Source: Octopus sinensis (lineage: Eukaryota). Taken from it: 64,000 nt of DNA. The notes beneath the pieces were generated by a model that saw only the letters and a list, made by a program, of their open reading frames with translations, had not been told where the DNA came from and searched no databases. Below, piece after piece: positions 26,484 through 39,049 of the stretch (position 1 is its first letter; every line of letters begins with the position of its first letter). The position numbers and the translations under genes were made by a program. The stretch spans positions 97,030,001 through 97,094,000 of the forward strand of contig NC_043000.1 of NCBI RefSeq assembly GCF_006345805.1, in the 5' to 3' direction.

Positions 26484-27672
26484 TATAAAATTGTCATTTG
26501 TACATGCAATTACGTATCTATACATATCTATGTATATACTCACACATACTATGTTAAAAAATGAACGATGGTTAGATTTCGTTATTCAACGATTTGATTT
26601 CACATATTTTCATCATTTGTTTCTTTGTCATTAATTTTTTTGCTGTCTTTCCGAAAATTTAATATCACTGTAAAAATTAAACCCACTTCAAAAAAAAAAA
26701 GGAAAAAAGAAAAAAAAAGGAAGAAAAGAAGAAAAAAAGAAAACGATATTTCAGTAATTGCATTGTAAAAAAATTTTCTGAAACGTTTTCATAAAATAAT
26801 AAATGAATGTGTGGGTTAGTGTACGATAGCCTGTATGTGTATTCGTGTTGCTGTGTTAGCGTATGTGTTTGGTCGTGTTTGATTGACATCAGTGTGTTCT
26901 TGTGTCTGTGTATGAATAAATAAATAAATACATGCGCGTAAATACACACACACCACACAAGACACACAGACACACACACGTATATACATCCATCCATACA
27001 TACATACAAACATACACACATACATACATACATACGCGTGTGCATTCATACACACATGCATAGCTCGAACTTAGTATATTAAAGATAGTGTTTTGTGACG
27101 AGAATATGATCATTGTACAAAGTGATGATAGATAGATAGAGAGATAGATAGATAGATAGATATGTTTCTTTATTAGCCACACAGGGCTGCACACAGATAG
27201 AACAAATTACAAGGTAGAGCTTTTCTTTTGAAGGTTTAAAAAAAATAAAAAATAAAAAAATAAAAAAATAAAATAAAAAATAAGAAAAAATAAAATAAAA
27301 TAAAAATAAAATAAAAAAGGGGGGTCGATCAAAAGGGATCGTAAAAGGAGAGAAAGAGGACAAAAAAAGGGGGGTTAAAAAAAGGGGGAGAGGAAAAAAA
27401 TTGATCAATAGGGATCGTTATCACAGAAATGTCAATATGAAGTGTAAAGGGGGGGACAGGTGAGGTTTACCCGTGGAAAGAAAAGCCTACGGAAAAGACC
27501 ACGGTAACCTCGGTCAATGAAGTCACATGTTATATTTCTTTTTTTTTTTTTTTTTGCAAATAAGCAACTCTCTGTATTAATTTTTACGGTTCATAGAATC
27601 ATAGTCAAGGTGGCTTCGTCATTCATACGTGCCATCCTTGCTACATTCACCCATCTTTTTTTAAAACATTCA

Positions 27673-30600
27673 CTAGACAAAACTTGCCTCTCTACTCTCA
27701 CTTTTTTCTTCAAGTGATACTTGAAGAAGTTGATGAGAGATTGACCAGAGAGGAAAGTGTTTGTCTCTAATCCTTTCAGACGCGTCCACCAGATATTCTT
27801 TCGCCATAGCCACAAGTATGATAAAAATAGCTCTTCCTTCCCGTTTGAAGGAAGGAGGCGTGACGATATTAACGATAGACTCGGCTGATAAACCGACACG
27901 TCCCACACGTGACAGCAGTCGTTCGACATAAGCCCACAGGTGGGAAATTGCTGGACACTGCACGATTGCGTGCAGAGCGGTTTCGTCGCTCTGCCCGCAT
28001 CTCGGGCAGGTCGGCCCCGTGTTTCTCGAGCCATGCCTATAGAGCTTATCCCGAACGGGTAGCGCTTCTCGGTAGCACCGCCAGGCCAGGGATCTCTGGA
28101 AGTTGTCCATAGGTCCCGGGCCGAAAGTCGTTTGAAACAGGCGGGTCAGGTATTCCTCGTCGACGCCCAGGTTTGCCCCGAGCTCGTCGTCGTACCTCCC
28201 CTCCACTAATCCCCTATAGAATGCTTTGGTTGTGTTGAAGTCACTCAAGGTCGACCCGGGACGGCAGAGTTGCTTGAGAGCAACGCGACACTCGCGGTGC
28301 CATTCGCCCTTCTTCGGCCTCTTTTTGATCCACGACTGTAGTTCGGTCATGGAGACGAGTTGCGGGAATGCGTGCCTCACAAACGGCGACCACACCTGTT
28401 CACCGTCGTCTACATAGAGCCGGAGATGTCGCAGTCTCAGCGCGTGTCTGCGCATCATCAACCACGGCATGCCCAGCCCTCCTTTTAACGGGTGTTGACA
28501 GCAAATGGATCGCCTGACCATCGGGACGCATCCTTTCCACAAGAAGCGGAAGAGGATGCGTTCTAGTTTGGTGATGGTAGGGTCGGGACAAGGTACGACG
28601 GTCAGGCGGTAGTAGATGATGGACGCGATGTACGCGTTCACCACCTCCGCCCGACCTTTTAGGGACAGTTTCCTCTCGGCCCATTGCTGGGCGAGAGTGA
28701 CCACCCTACTCGTTATCTCGTTCCAGTTCTTCTCCATTTGGAGGTCCGGACCGAACCAGACCCCGAGCAACTCAACCGGGCCGTCTGTCCAGCGTCCCAC
28801 GACGGAGGTACTGGTGGACGGCATGGGTTTGCTTCTCCAGGTGCCGAGCCGCAAGCCCACTGACTTTTCCCGGTTGATTTTTGCTCCTGTCACCGCTTCG
28901 TAGTCTTTCAGTGTCTCGCCGACCCGCTCGATGTGCTCGTGGCTTGACACTATGACGGTGACGTCGTCCGCGTATGCAGACACGCTCGTCCCGCATCCTA
29001 ATTCTCGCGGGATGCCCCTCAGAGTCGCCAGCTTCCGCAGTAGTGGCTCAAGAGTCAATACGTATAGAAGCGCCGAGAGGGGGCATCCCTGACGGACCGA
29101 ACGTGCAATGTCGAAGGGTCTCGATAGATGTCCATTTACGCGAATTACCGAACGGATGCCTCTGTACAAGGCAGCTATCCAGCCGCGGAAGACGGGACCG
29201 AAACCAGCCGCTCTCAGGACTGCCTCCAAGTATCGATGGTCTACCCTATCAAGGCTTTCGATTGATCCAAGTTGATCAGGGCCCCACCCATGCCAGGTTC
29301 GTTAACTACCCTGTCTATGATGTAGCGCATCAGATGGAGGTTGTCATGGATGCTCCGGCCCGGCACGGCGCACGTTTGTGCGTTGTCGACCAGTTTCTCC
29401 ATGACAAGCGCCAACCTCTTGGCTAACTTTGTCAAAATTTTCAGGTCTGCATTGAGCAGAGTGATTGGCCTAAAGTTATCTATAATGTTTCCCTTGTTTG
29501 GATCTTTCTTCAGCAGAGTTACAGCTCCTCGACTCACAAAACCGGGTATGCTCCCGTTTTGCTGCCAGTTGCAGTATACCGCTGCCAAGACGTCTCCAAA
29601 CAAGTCTGGCATACAATAGTAAAATTCGTAGGGTAGACCATCCAAACCGGTGATTTGTCCCTCGAGCATTCTGCCATCGCTTCCCGCACTTCCGCCGCCG
29701 TGATGGCACCTTCGCAGCACCCTGCCTTTCTTGTCGAGAGTCGTGGCAGGCTATGTAGGTAGGCACTGAAGTCTACCCTACGTTCTTGCCCTCCACTCGT
29801 CCCGAACAGTCGGGCAAAATGCTGCTGAAAGGCCTCACACATTTTACTTGGCTCGAGCAATTCGCGCCCCTGTTCATCTACCAGTGACCGAATGGTGGCT
29901 TTGTTGCCCTGTTGCGCCTCTGCCACCCGGGCCTCTCTCGCGGCTCCAACACCTTCGTTCCTTAGAGCACGCATCCTAGCTCTGACAGCACATCCTTCGT
30001 GTTTGGCGTTGAAGTGTTGGTCGAGGGCCAACCTCGCCGCCAAAACGTCGGATGCGATGCCGCTTCTAATTGCCTCTTCTAGCTTCTTAACTAGCTCACC
30101 CTCTACTCTATTTCTATCTATGGCTAGTGCTTTGCTGTACCTAATCGCTTCTGCTTTTACTGCTCTCTTGAGGGCAAACCACCATTTGTTGTTGATGATG
30201 GCTCCCGTCAAAGCCCTCTTTACTAGTGTGCTAATCCGGTCTCTGAAAACTTGTCTGGACGGGAATGATGCGTTCAGTTTCCAGTACCCAGGACCCTGTC
30301 TATGTGCCTTATCTAAGTCTAGCGTACACGTCACCAATTTGTGATCCGTGTAGCTGACTGTGTGGAGTTGTGGACATCCTAAGTTATCCTTGTCTACTGT
30401 CCTACACAGTATCCTATCTAGATACGATCTCGACGACCCACTGCGGTTGCTCCATGTCCACGTTGGTGCATTTGGGTGGTCGAGTCGGTACCTGTCAGAC
30501 AGTTGGAATCGTCTGAGCAGGTCTCTGAGGCATTTGCATCCCCTTCTGTTTCTGTCTCTACCCACGTAGTCTACATGCGTGTCCAAGGTAGCATTCCAAT

Positions 30601-31021
30601 CCCCCACTAAGAGTAAAGGACGAGACGTTCCCAAGAATACTTCTAGACGTCGAAAGAAATCCGCCCGACCTGTTAAGGGCGGTGCGTAGACTGATACGAG
30701 TCGAAAAGCGCACCCATTGCTGCCGTCAACATCCAGAACGATCAGTCTACCCTCCGGGTCTACGAATATCGTCTTGACTTCGAGATCCAGGCTCTTGTGA
30801 AAAAGTACCGCGGTGCCACTACCGCCCATCCTCGGCAGACAGGGAGCGAAATAAATGTTAAACTGTCCGCCAAACATGGACTTTAGGGCCCGTGGCTCGT
30901 GGAGTCTGGTCTCACTTATGGCTATGATTCCCAAATCATGTGACTTGATGTCATTTAGGAGGTATCCTTGTTTCCAAGGAGACCCCAAGCCACGCGCATT
31001 CACACAACCAATCTTGACCAT
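27673..31021 (-). pseudogene. LINE ORF2: AP endonuclease + reverse transcriptase + zf-RVT-like C-terminus, split by two frameshifts (~29650, ~29240)
   Basis: Motifs: NARGL...ISETRL, VSVYAP, LLVGDWNA, SYLDRI, YTDH (endonuclease); GLDGLPYEFY, FRPITLLNAD, DQSKA(F)DRV, SVRQGCPLS, YADD, LLGVWFG (RT); CPRC...ETALHAIVQC. Confidence 0.93.
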
Positions 31022-31025
31022 GATT

Positions 31026-32799
31026 CTATTGGGGTGTGTGCTTTAAAACACACAAATGAAAGTACAGAGAGTTACTTACTTGTGTCGAAAGTTTTGGCTT
31101 CCTCGTTCTTTGATGTGTCTTCGAGGAGGTTTCTATATAGTTTTTGGGACAGATATTTCTGGAAACCCCTACAGCATTTGGGAAGAGGGCTTTGAGTTTG
31201 TGGTGTTGTGTTTGTGTGATGTGTAGTATTTTGATGTGTTTGGGTGGTGTAGTGCGTGGATGATTGCTATTTTTAAAGTCATCTTCACAAATGTTTGTGT
31301 ATCCTGTGATGTACTCCATTAGTTTGGAGTGTTTTGTGTCTATCGCTGATAGCATTGTTGTTGTTGGTGTGTGTGTGGTGTGTTGTGTTGTTGTGTGTAT
31401 GGAGTTTTCAGGGTTCAGGTATCTCCCTGCTTTGGTTGCGATTTCTTGTTTGGTTTTTCTTGATCTTTTTCTTTTACCCCCTGTGGCTATTTGCCATTCT
31501 GTCGAACTTTCATCGTTAGATGAAAAGTCTGACGAATCAGCAGGGGGCAAGGGTAAAGCGTCTGGGTGTGTTTGTGCGGTTGTAGATATTGTTGTGGTGC
31601 GCGGGGAGGGTGTTGCTGGGGGTTTGTTGTGGTTATTGTCTCTCCTACATCCTTGGTGCTTGTCTTCTTCGTTGTTATTCTTGGTGTTGGAATTGGTTTA
31701 TTTGTTGTTGGTGGTGATGATTCTGTTCTTGGCGCTGGTGTTGGTGTTGTTTGGTTGGGTTGGTTTGTTCTTTGTTGTTTTCCTGCATTTCCGCATACAG
31801 CTTCTTGACTAGCTGTCCATATTGTGGTGTGGGCAATAATCCTGGCTTTTGTGATTTTTCCTGTGGCTGTTGTTGTTGTTGTAATTTTGCGGCAGATTTG
31901 CACTCCTTTTTGAGGTGTGCCTCACTGCCACATGTATAGCATCGTGGCCTTCTGCCCTCGACTACTACGTATAACTTGCGGCCATCCTCAAGATGTACGT
32001 GGGTGGGGATTTTATTTATGTCCTCTTGACTTATGTGGAAGAGGAACTCTATTCTCTTTCCCAGCCAGTCCTTGTTTTCCGAAACACCGATATCTAGGAT
32101 GTTTATGTCCTCCATTTCGGATGTTACGGCGGATGTAATCCACAGTGTTGTAGTCACTTGGGGGACACCACTGATAATGACTTTCGTCACCTTCTGGCCG
32201 AGGTAACTCGGTGTCAACGTTAGTTCATCAGAATGAAGGGTTATCGTTGAGAATTTCTTCGCCAACTCTTCATTCTGAAAAACCACCTGTACGTGTGCGA
32301 ACTTGTTCGCCCAAGTAACACAATCCTTGTATCCCCAGATGGGGCGTAAGCACTTTTCGACTTTGTCTGTGCTTGCCTTTTCTGGACTTTTTGTTTTTTT
32401 ATTTGTGATTTTATATACAATTGTCTTTTTTTTCTCCTCATTCAGTATGTGCTGAGGTATGTGTAAGAGTATTTTTCCGTTTTGATTTGTAATAAGGTTT
32501 CTGCAATCTTTAATCTGTTGTGTAGTAAACGAAACTTTTGTTACCTTTTCTTTTATCGCCTCGGCGAAGTTTGTTGTTGTTTTGTATTGTTGTTACTGTT
32601 GATGTTGATGGCAGGGGTGTGGGTTGTAGGTTTGTGGTTGCTGATTATGCAACTAGCAAGGGGTGGAAAATTGCCTGCGTAATTTAGTCCTGCATTAGCG
32701 CAAATTTCGGCATTTCGTTTGCTTGTCGTCGTTATTTTTTCACTTGTTGGTGATGGAGTGAGCAGTGGTTGAAGGGAATTGTTGTTGTCGTCGTCGTCG

Positions 32800-32831
<32 letters not shown>

Positions 32832-33187
32832 ATTGTCGTTCTTGGTGACGGCGGTGGTGTTAGTAGTATTAGTAGCATTGACGGCACGGTCTTTGGTGGC
32901 GGTGATGGTGATGTTGGTATTGTTATTGGTGGCGACGTCTTTAGTAGGGATAGCAGTTTTAGTAGCAGATTCTGCCATGGTGTTGTTGTCGGTGTTGGTG
33001 GTGGTGGTGGACTCACTGATGGTGTTGACGGTGCTTGGCCTTGCGACCTTTGTTTTGTATTTGTTGCTGTTGTCGATGTTGATGTGGCGGAGTTGTCAGG
33101 TTCAGCGTAAGGTAACAGAGCATCCTGTTTTTCTGCCTCTGCGTCACGGTTGACTTGCACCTCAGCCTCGTGGTGACCAGTGGCCAT
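31026..33187 (-). pseudogene. LINE ORF1 (gag-like nucleic-acid-binding protein with one CCHC knuckle), several frameshifts
   Basis: CYTCGSEAHLKKEC zinc knuckle. Open frame NFAEAIKEK...FQNEELAKKF from ~32580 to 31675. aaaATGGCC start at 33187. Stop lies 4 nt before the ORF2 ATG. Confidence 0.75.
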
Positions 33188-33437
33188 TTTGGAAATAAAA
33201 TGGCTAAATGAAACCACGAAGGCTATGAGAATTTTTTCTTTTAAATTTTGCCCACAAGGGGCAAAATTTTGTGGAGATATTTATCAAAGGTTTACAGTGG
33301 ATGTTGTTGCACAACTTTTAAACACAAAATATTTCACAATAAATAATTTTCAACGTACAAAATGACCAACTTACGTGGAGCCCATTTGACTAGCGTCCGT
33401 CCGTCCGTCCATAGATAGGAAATATAAATAAAACAAG

Positions 33438-33475
33438 TCTTTAACGTTTCGAGCCTACGCTCTTCAGCAGAAAGA
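33438..33475 (-). ncRNA. Hammerhead-like motif, variant core CUGCUGA, in pLTR fragment 33420-33545
   Basis: UCUUU-CUGCUGA-A-GAGC GUAG GCUC-GAAACGUU-AAAGA. Confidence 0.5.
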
Positions 33476-33631
33476 TACACAGAGAAAAACACAGAAAGAA
33501 GGAGAGAAAAAAAATATCCGTACAGAGGCTAGCGAATCAACACTACATACATACATACATACTACATACATACATACATACATACATATATACATATATA
33601 TAATATATATATATATATATTATATATATAT

Positions 33632-33669
<38 letters not shown>

Positions 33670-33719
33670 TATATATATGAGGAGGATTCACAAAAAACAA
33701 AAGACGAAGACAGGTGGTA

Positions 33720-35480
33720 ATAATGCAAATGTCCCACAGAACTTATATCTTCCTACCCCGACAGACTTTTTCCCCTCGTCGCTGCTCTACTTTCGCATAT
33801 GGAAGACACTATCCATGCACTACACCTCTTCAACGCATTCTCTTATCCACTTGTTGAATCCAAACTCCTTTTCACCATGGATATTAAATCTTTGTACACA
33901 GTCATTCCTCACAATTACGCTCTACTAGCACTTAAACACTTTTTAAACAATTGTTCTGTACCTGAACCCAGCACTACTACACTCCTTCGCTTAGCTGATC
34001 TCGTCTTAACATTCAATTGTTTTTCCTTCTCTGCTGAATTCTATAAGCAATTTAGCGGTGTTACTATGGGCACTAGGACGGGCTCTAATTATGTCGGCCT
34101 TTTGAGGTTATGTAGAGGAGCAAATCTTTACCTACTTTTCCTTCCCATCTCAGAACTGTATGGTCGTTACATCGACGACTGTATTGACGCCAAAAGCCTT
34201 AACAGACAACAGCTCAACGATTTTATTCCTTTTAACACCTTCACTCAGCCTTGGAATTTACCCACACCATGTATGATACGTCCGTTTGCTTTCAGGACAT
34301 CTCCGTCAAAATACACAATGCCCACCTCTTCACTTCTGTCTACTATAAACCTACTGTAAACCTACTATATACCTACTGACTCCCACTTCTACCTTCACTA
34401 CTCTTCTTCTCACCCCAAGCACATTAAATCTGCCAATACCTTTCTCTCAATTTCTTCGCCTTCGAAGACTTTGCAGCATCGAATCGGATTTCAAATCCCA
34501 CTGCAAAACGATGTGACAGTGTTTTCTGAATCGAGGTTATCCTCAATCAGATGTCGACCCGGCACTCCACTGAGCCCAAGCCATCAACTGCACCGCTGCT
34601 CTCCTACCGTCTTCACGTACTTCCGCCGACCGTATTCCACTCTCACCTACCATCTGTCCATCCTCCCTCTAAAATACAAACTCACCCACAACTTTCGCAA
34701 TCTTCTTTCTGACCCAACAACCGCCTCTATTTTTCTCACACCGCCTCTCCTGTCTTTTAAAAAAGATAGGAGTCTTAGAAATATCCTTGTTAGAAGCTTC
34801 ACAGCTCCAAGCTCCACACAATCAGGAACCTTTAAATGTTCTCGCCGACAATGTAGCACATGCTCCTACATCAACGATATTACCACCATCAAGGGGACCA
34901 AGAAATAATATCACATAACACAACACTTCTGTTGCACTTCGGCGAATCTCATATATTGCATCATATGCAAACTCTGCGGTGCTCTTTACATTGGAGAAAC
35001 AGGGCGACACTTTGAGGATCGCTTTCGCGAACACATCATAAGTATAATGCTATGTATGTCAACTTGTCGCCACCCACTTCAACACTGCGAATCATTCCAT
35101 TGCAGATTTATCAGTGTATGACATGGACTTCCACCACGGACTCCACTTCTCTAGGAAACGAAAGGAGCAACGTCTCAAATTTGATCTTGGTACTATGTCC
35201 CCGACAGGTATGAATGAACGTTTTTCCTTTCATCCTTTCACCTCCACTTAATTCTTTTTTACCATTTTTAATACACCTTCCACCTTCTCCCTGCAATATT
35301 CCTGTATTTACTTCTACTCTCTCCATCACTCTTTTCCACCTCCTTTCTGCACTGTTATTCTGCGTCCATTATCAGTTGCAGCCAGTTTTTCGAGCTGAGA
35401 GGATGTAAACTCTGTCTTTCTTCAACATCTCTTTTTCTCTAATCACTGATGAAGGATTACTTCCGAAACACTTGATATTC
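33720..35480 (+). mobile_element. Decayed Penelope-like element (Neptune-like): RT, Cys-rich linker, GIY-YIG, 3' region
   Basis: FTMDIKSLYTVIPH, FYKQFSGVTMGT, GRYIDDC, KCSRRQCSTC, IYCIICKLCGALYIGETGRHFEDRFREH. Many stops and frameshifts. Confidence 0.82.
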
Positions 35481-37135
35481 CACTTCTAACAGCAAGTTCA
35501 CTGTACCCCTTACACTTATATATATATATACATACATATTCACAATCATACACATAGGGATCCTTTTACTTTTTCCCCGACCACTTGAAGTTTTTCGAAT
35601 TTTCACCAGATTTACGCCATAGCGCCATATATTTCCACGCTTCAAATTTGAAGCATGCCCAAGTTATTTCGATTTGCTGTGTGTCATTAATAACATTTCC
35701 AATAAAGTAAGTCTCCATGGATGTAATCTTTTATCAAACTTGCAACCTTTAAAACACTTACGAGCCCCACAAATATATACTTTTATTTTTCTTATGATAA
35801 AATTGTAAACAATGTTTGAAAGTAAATGGTTGCAGCGGCGGCAGCGGTGGTGGTGGTGGTGGTGGAGAAAGAATTGGTTGTCAATTCTGCTGTATGAAGC
35901 GTAGTGTTGTTGACGACGACGATGATAATGGTATTCTTTTTACACAATCTTCGTAAAACAATTCTATCATCAGAAAAGAGAAAGTACATTTAATATCAAT
36001 CTATGGGGCTCAGTAAGTGTTCTAAGGGGTATTAGTTCGATAAAAGATTACATCCACGAAGATTGGCTTTCATTTACATGTTATTAAACAAGAACCGTTG
36101 AAGGTAAATTTTAATCCAGATACAACAGCCATCTTCTTTTAGGTAACTCGCGAAGAGATATATCACAATCTTCTCGGCATGAAGACTTAAGGATGTGGGC
36201 ACTAACTAGCTACAACATCTACAGGAAGATACCTTCTAAGAGCAAGTCATATATTAAAGGGTCAGAAAGATGCTCTGTATACTCACTAGAATACCCTGCA
36301 AACATAATTGGACTGTATAAACAAGAGCGAAATTTTCTCATCATGTCCACACTTTATGTACTATATTTTCGCTGGAATTAAAGATAAACCACCAAGTTGA
36401 TCATAAATTATTAATTTGATTGTGATTCTATCGGTGAATATATTCCCGGTGCCATTATGTTTGTAAAGATATATCTATTGATCTCAACTCTTTATTCACC
36501 AAACGCTTAAATACTGATAACATATCTATATCTCAACTTCTATAATTCCAACCATCCCACTCTTTGTTTTTCGTTTGTGCTTCCCGTGTTGTTTCACCGA
36601 ATTCCCCCACCGCCCACCTTCTAAGAGTTTGACAGTAATTGCTGTTCAGGGAATCATTTCCCGTTGATCACTCTGTCTTTTTCTAACACAATGTGTACAT
36701 TTAAACATCACTTTACTCATACAAAGTTGCTAACTCACCATGGTGACATTACCACTTTGAGAAATGGTGAAATAAATTTAATATTCCGGCCAGGAATGTC
36801 TTGGTAGCTGGATTTTACATGATTTTTGTGTGGTTAAACCGACCCCCGCTGCTCAACTAGTATTTATTTTATCGATCTCGAAAAGATGAAAGGCAAAGTC
36901 AGCTTTTGAACTCAGAACGGAAGGATGCTGGCGGACATATAACGTGCTTACGGACATATAATTATATAATTGTGCGTGTTGTGTGTGTGTGTGTGTGTGT
37001 GTAAACTTGTTACCAGTTCAAATATGTTTGAGATGTATTCGAATCTACACTTTGTCATGGAGAAATATTCTCATACATGTTTGCATACATTTTGAAGTAG
37101 TGAACTTCAGCGGGAATATTTCTGGTTGGCAAAAT

Positions 37136-37582
37136 GCAGTATGTTTAAGAGATGAGAAATTATGTACATTATTTACATTTGATGGCTATTTGTCCTCATC
37201 TTGGTCGTTGTCCACACAAGGTTTCGTCTGGGGAAATTTTGAACCTGGGCTCACATTCCTAAGGTATTTTTCGATGTTGTTAGTATTATTATTATTCAGG
37301 TTACTGCTTGGAATCGAACTCGGAATCTTAGGGTTAGTAGATCGCGCTCTTAACCGCTACGCCATATGCCCGTGGGGAATTATGGAGTGAATTTTAGGGA
37401 TTATAAATCTAATATTTTCCTATCCTTCCTTAATACCAGTTCCCATATGCTACTCATATCTACACTCGGTCTGCTTAGGCGGTTGTTGTGTCCTAGCATA
37501 TGTACTGCTTCTTTTAGTTTTCGAATTTTCCAGTCGTGTGCCCTGTCTAATATTTTAACTTCATCCCACAGGGGGAGGGCTT
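37136..37582 (-). mobile_element. Second copy of the same PLE family: GIY-YIG C-terminus + pLTR with tRNA-like segment
   Basis: Homologous to 60840-61105 and 59867-60058. Hammerhead region is internally deleted. Confidence 0.8.
37297..37371 (-). promoter_or_regulatory. tRNA-like internal Pol III promoter inside a PLE pLTR
   Basis: A box TGGCGTAGCGG and B box GAGTTCGATTCC at tRNA-like spacing. Homolog at 60841-60900. Confidence 0.65.
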
Positions 37583-37677
37583 CTTAAGGGTTCGAACGTG
37601 TCTCAAACATATTTGAACTGGTAACAAGTTTATATTTATATAAATCACTGGTTAGCGCTTCTGATCCGTATTACACA

Positions 37678-37791
37678 CATACATACATACATACATACAT
37701 ACATACATACATACATACATACATACATACATGCATGCATGCATGCATACATACATACATACATACATACATACATACATACATACATACA

Positions 37792-37823
<32 letters not shown>
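37678..37823. repeat. (ACAT)n microsatellite
   Basis: Direct reading. Confidence 0.95.
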
Positions 37824-37979
37824 CAGGACGGATTTCCACTGTTATCCGTCTCCGTATAAGAAATTCATTCTCACTAGACACTGATTGGCCTGGGGTTGTA
37901 GTAGAAGACATCTCTCAAGATGCTGCGATCTTCTTAACCTTACAGTCATTTCCGCGCCTATCACATGTCTGTCTGTCTG

Positions 37980-38013
<34 letters not shown>

Positions 38014-38145
38014 TATTTGTTTATAAAATAATTTCGTTTCGGTTTTCTTTGAGATTAACCTTGTCACTGTTGCTATATATAAAACCACCTCACTTCCAAA
38101 ACACCGCCTTTAAAATAGTTTAAACTACTCTCTCTCTCTCTCTCA

Positions 38146-38208
<63 letters not shown>

Positions 38209-39049
38209 CATACGTGTGTGTGTGTTTGTGCATGTGTGTGTGTGTGTACATATATTCGCGCTAAACTAGAATTGCGTTATATGGTGAGACGTCGGGAAAT
38301 TCACTTCTTCCGTGTTTGTGTAGACTTAAGGCCGCAGAGTGCATCATTAATAAATTTAGCTTTGGGCTGCACTTCAGTAAAGACAGCACTAAAGCTGTGC
38401 ATTCTTGTAGAATTTTTGCTTAAAAAAAAGCAATCCTGCTGTATTTTGAGAAATAATTTTATTACTCGCTCTAAGCGTAACTAAAAAAGCGACTCACACA
38501 CACACACACATATACACAGGCTTATATATATACTTATGTTAGATATATATACATACATATATGCTTATAACACTTCATGTAAATACATGCATAAATGTGT
38601 GTGTGTGTGTGTGTATGTTCATATAAATGTTTGTATAAATTCACTTATTCTCGAGTACTATCTGTTGATTGCATTTAGCAGTTGATCGAACTTCACTCAT
38701 TTAAATCTGTTTTAAAATCGATATTTTCATCTTAATTGAATATATACCTATGTCGAATAATTGTTCTTAATGACGAAGTCTATGTTTTGCAGAGAAGGTC
38801 TAATCAGATGGAAATGTCTCCGAAACCATTAAAATGGTATTAGTCATTGTGATAATGTCTTGTTTCTGTCCTCATAAATGTTTCAAATATGATTTACAAT
38901 ACTTGCTACATTATATGTTAACACTGTTTTAACTATTTTTTCCCTGTGGATGGTGCCACAGAATATATAAAATCTATGATTAATCTTTTCAACATATTCT
39001 TCTTTTTTTTTATTTGGCACTTATTCGTTTGATATATTTTACATCAGCG

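Larger units (their letters stand above)
27163..33410 (-). mobile_element. Near full-length Tx1/L1-clade non-LTR retrotransposon (5'UTR, ORF1, ORF2, 3'UTR)
   Basis: Gag-like ORF1 followed by an APE-RT ORF2. AATAAA at 27169-27174 (minus) is followed by a (TCTA)n tail. The 5' end is bounded by (GGAC)4 and a CTATCTAT remnant. Confidence 0.9.

Noticed and set aside
27909-31812. Plus-strand ORFs overlapping the LINE
   Set aside because: Antisense shadows of a GC-richer coding sequence with no recognisable motifs.
37297-37371. Functional tRNA gene
   Set aside because: Acceptor and anticodon stems do not pair, there is no oligo-T terminator, and it is embedded in a repeat. SINE heads were rejected as tRNAs for the same reasons.
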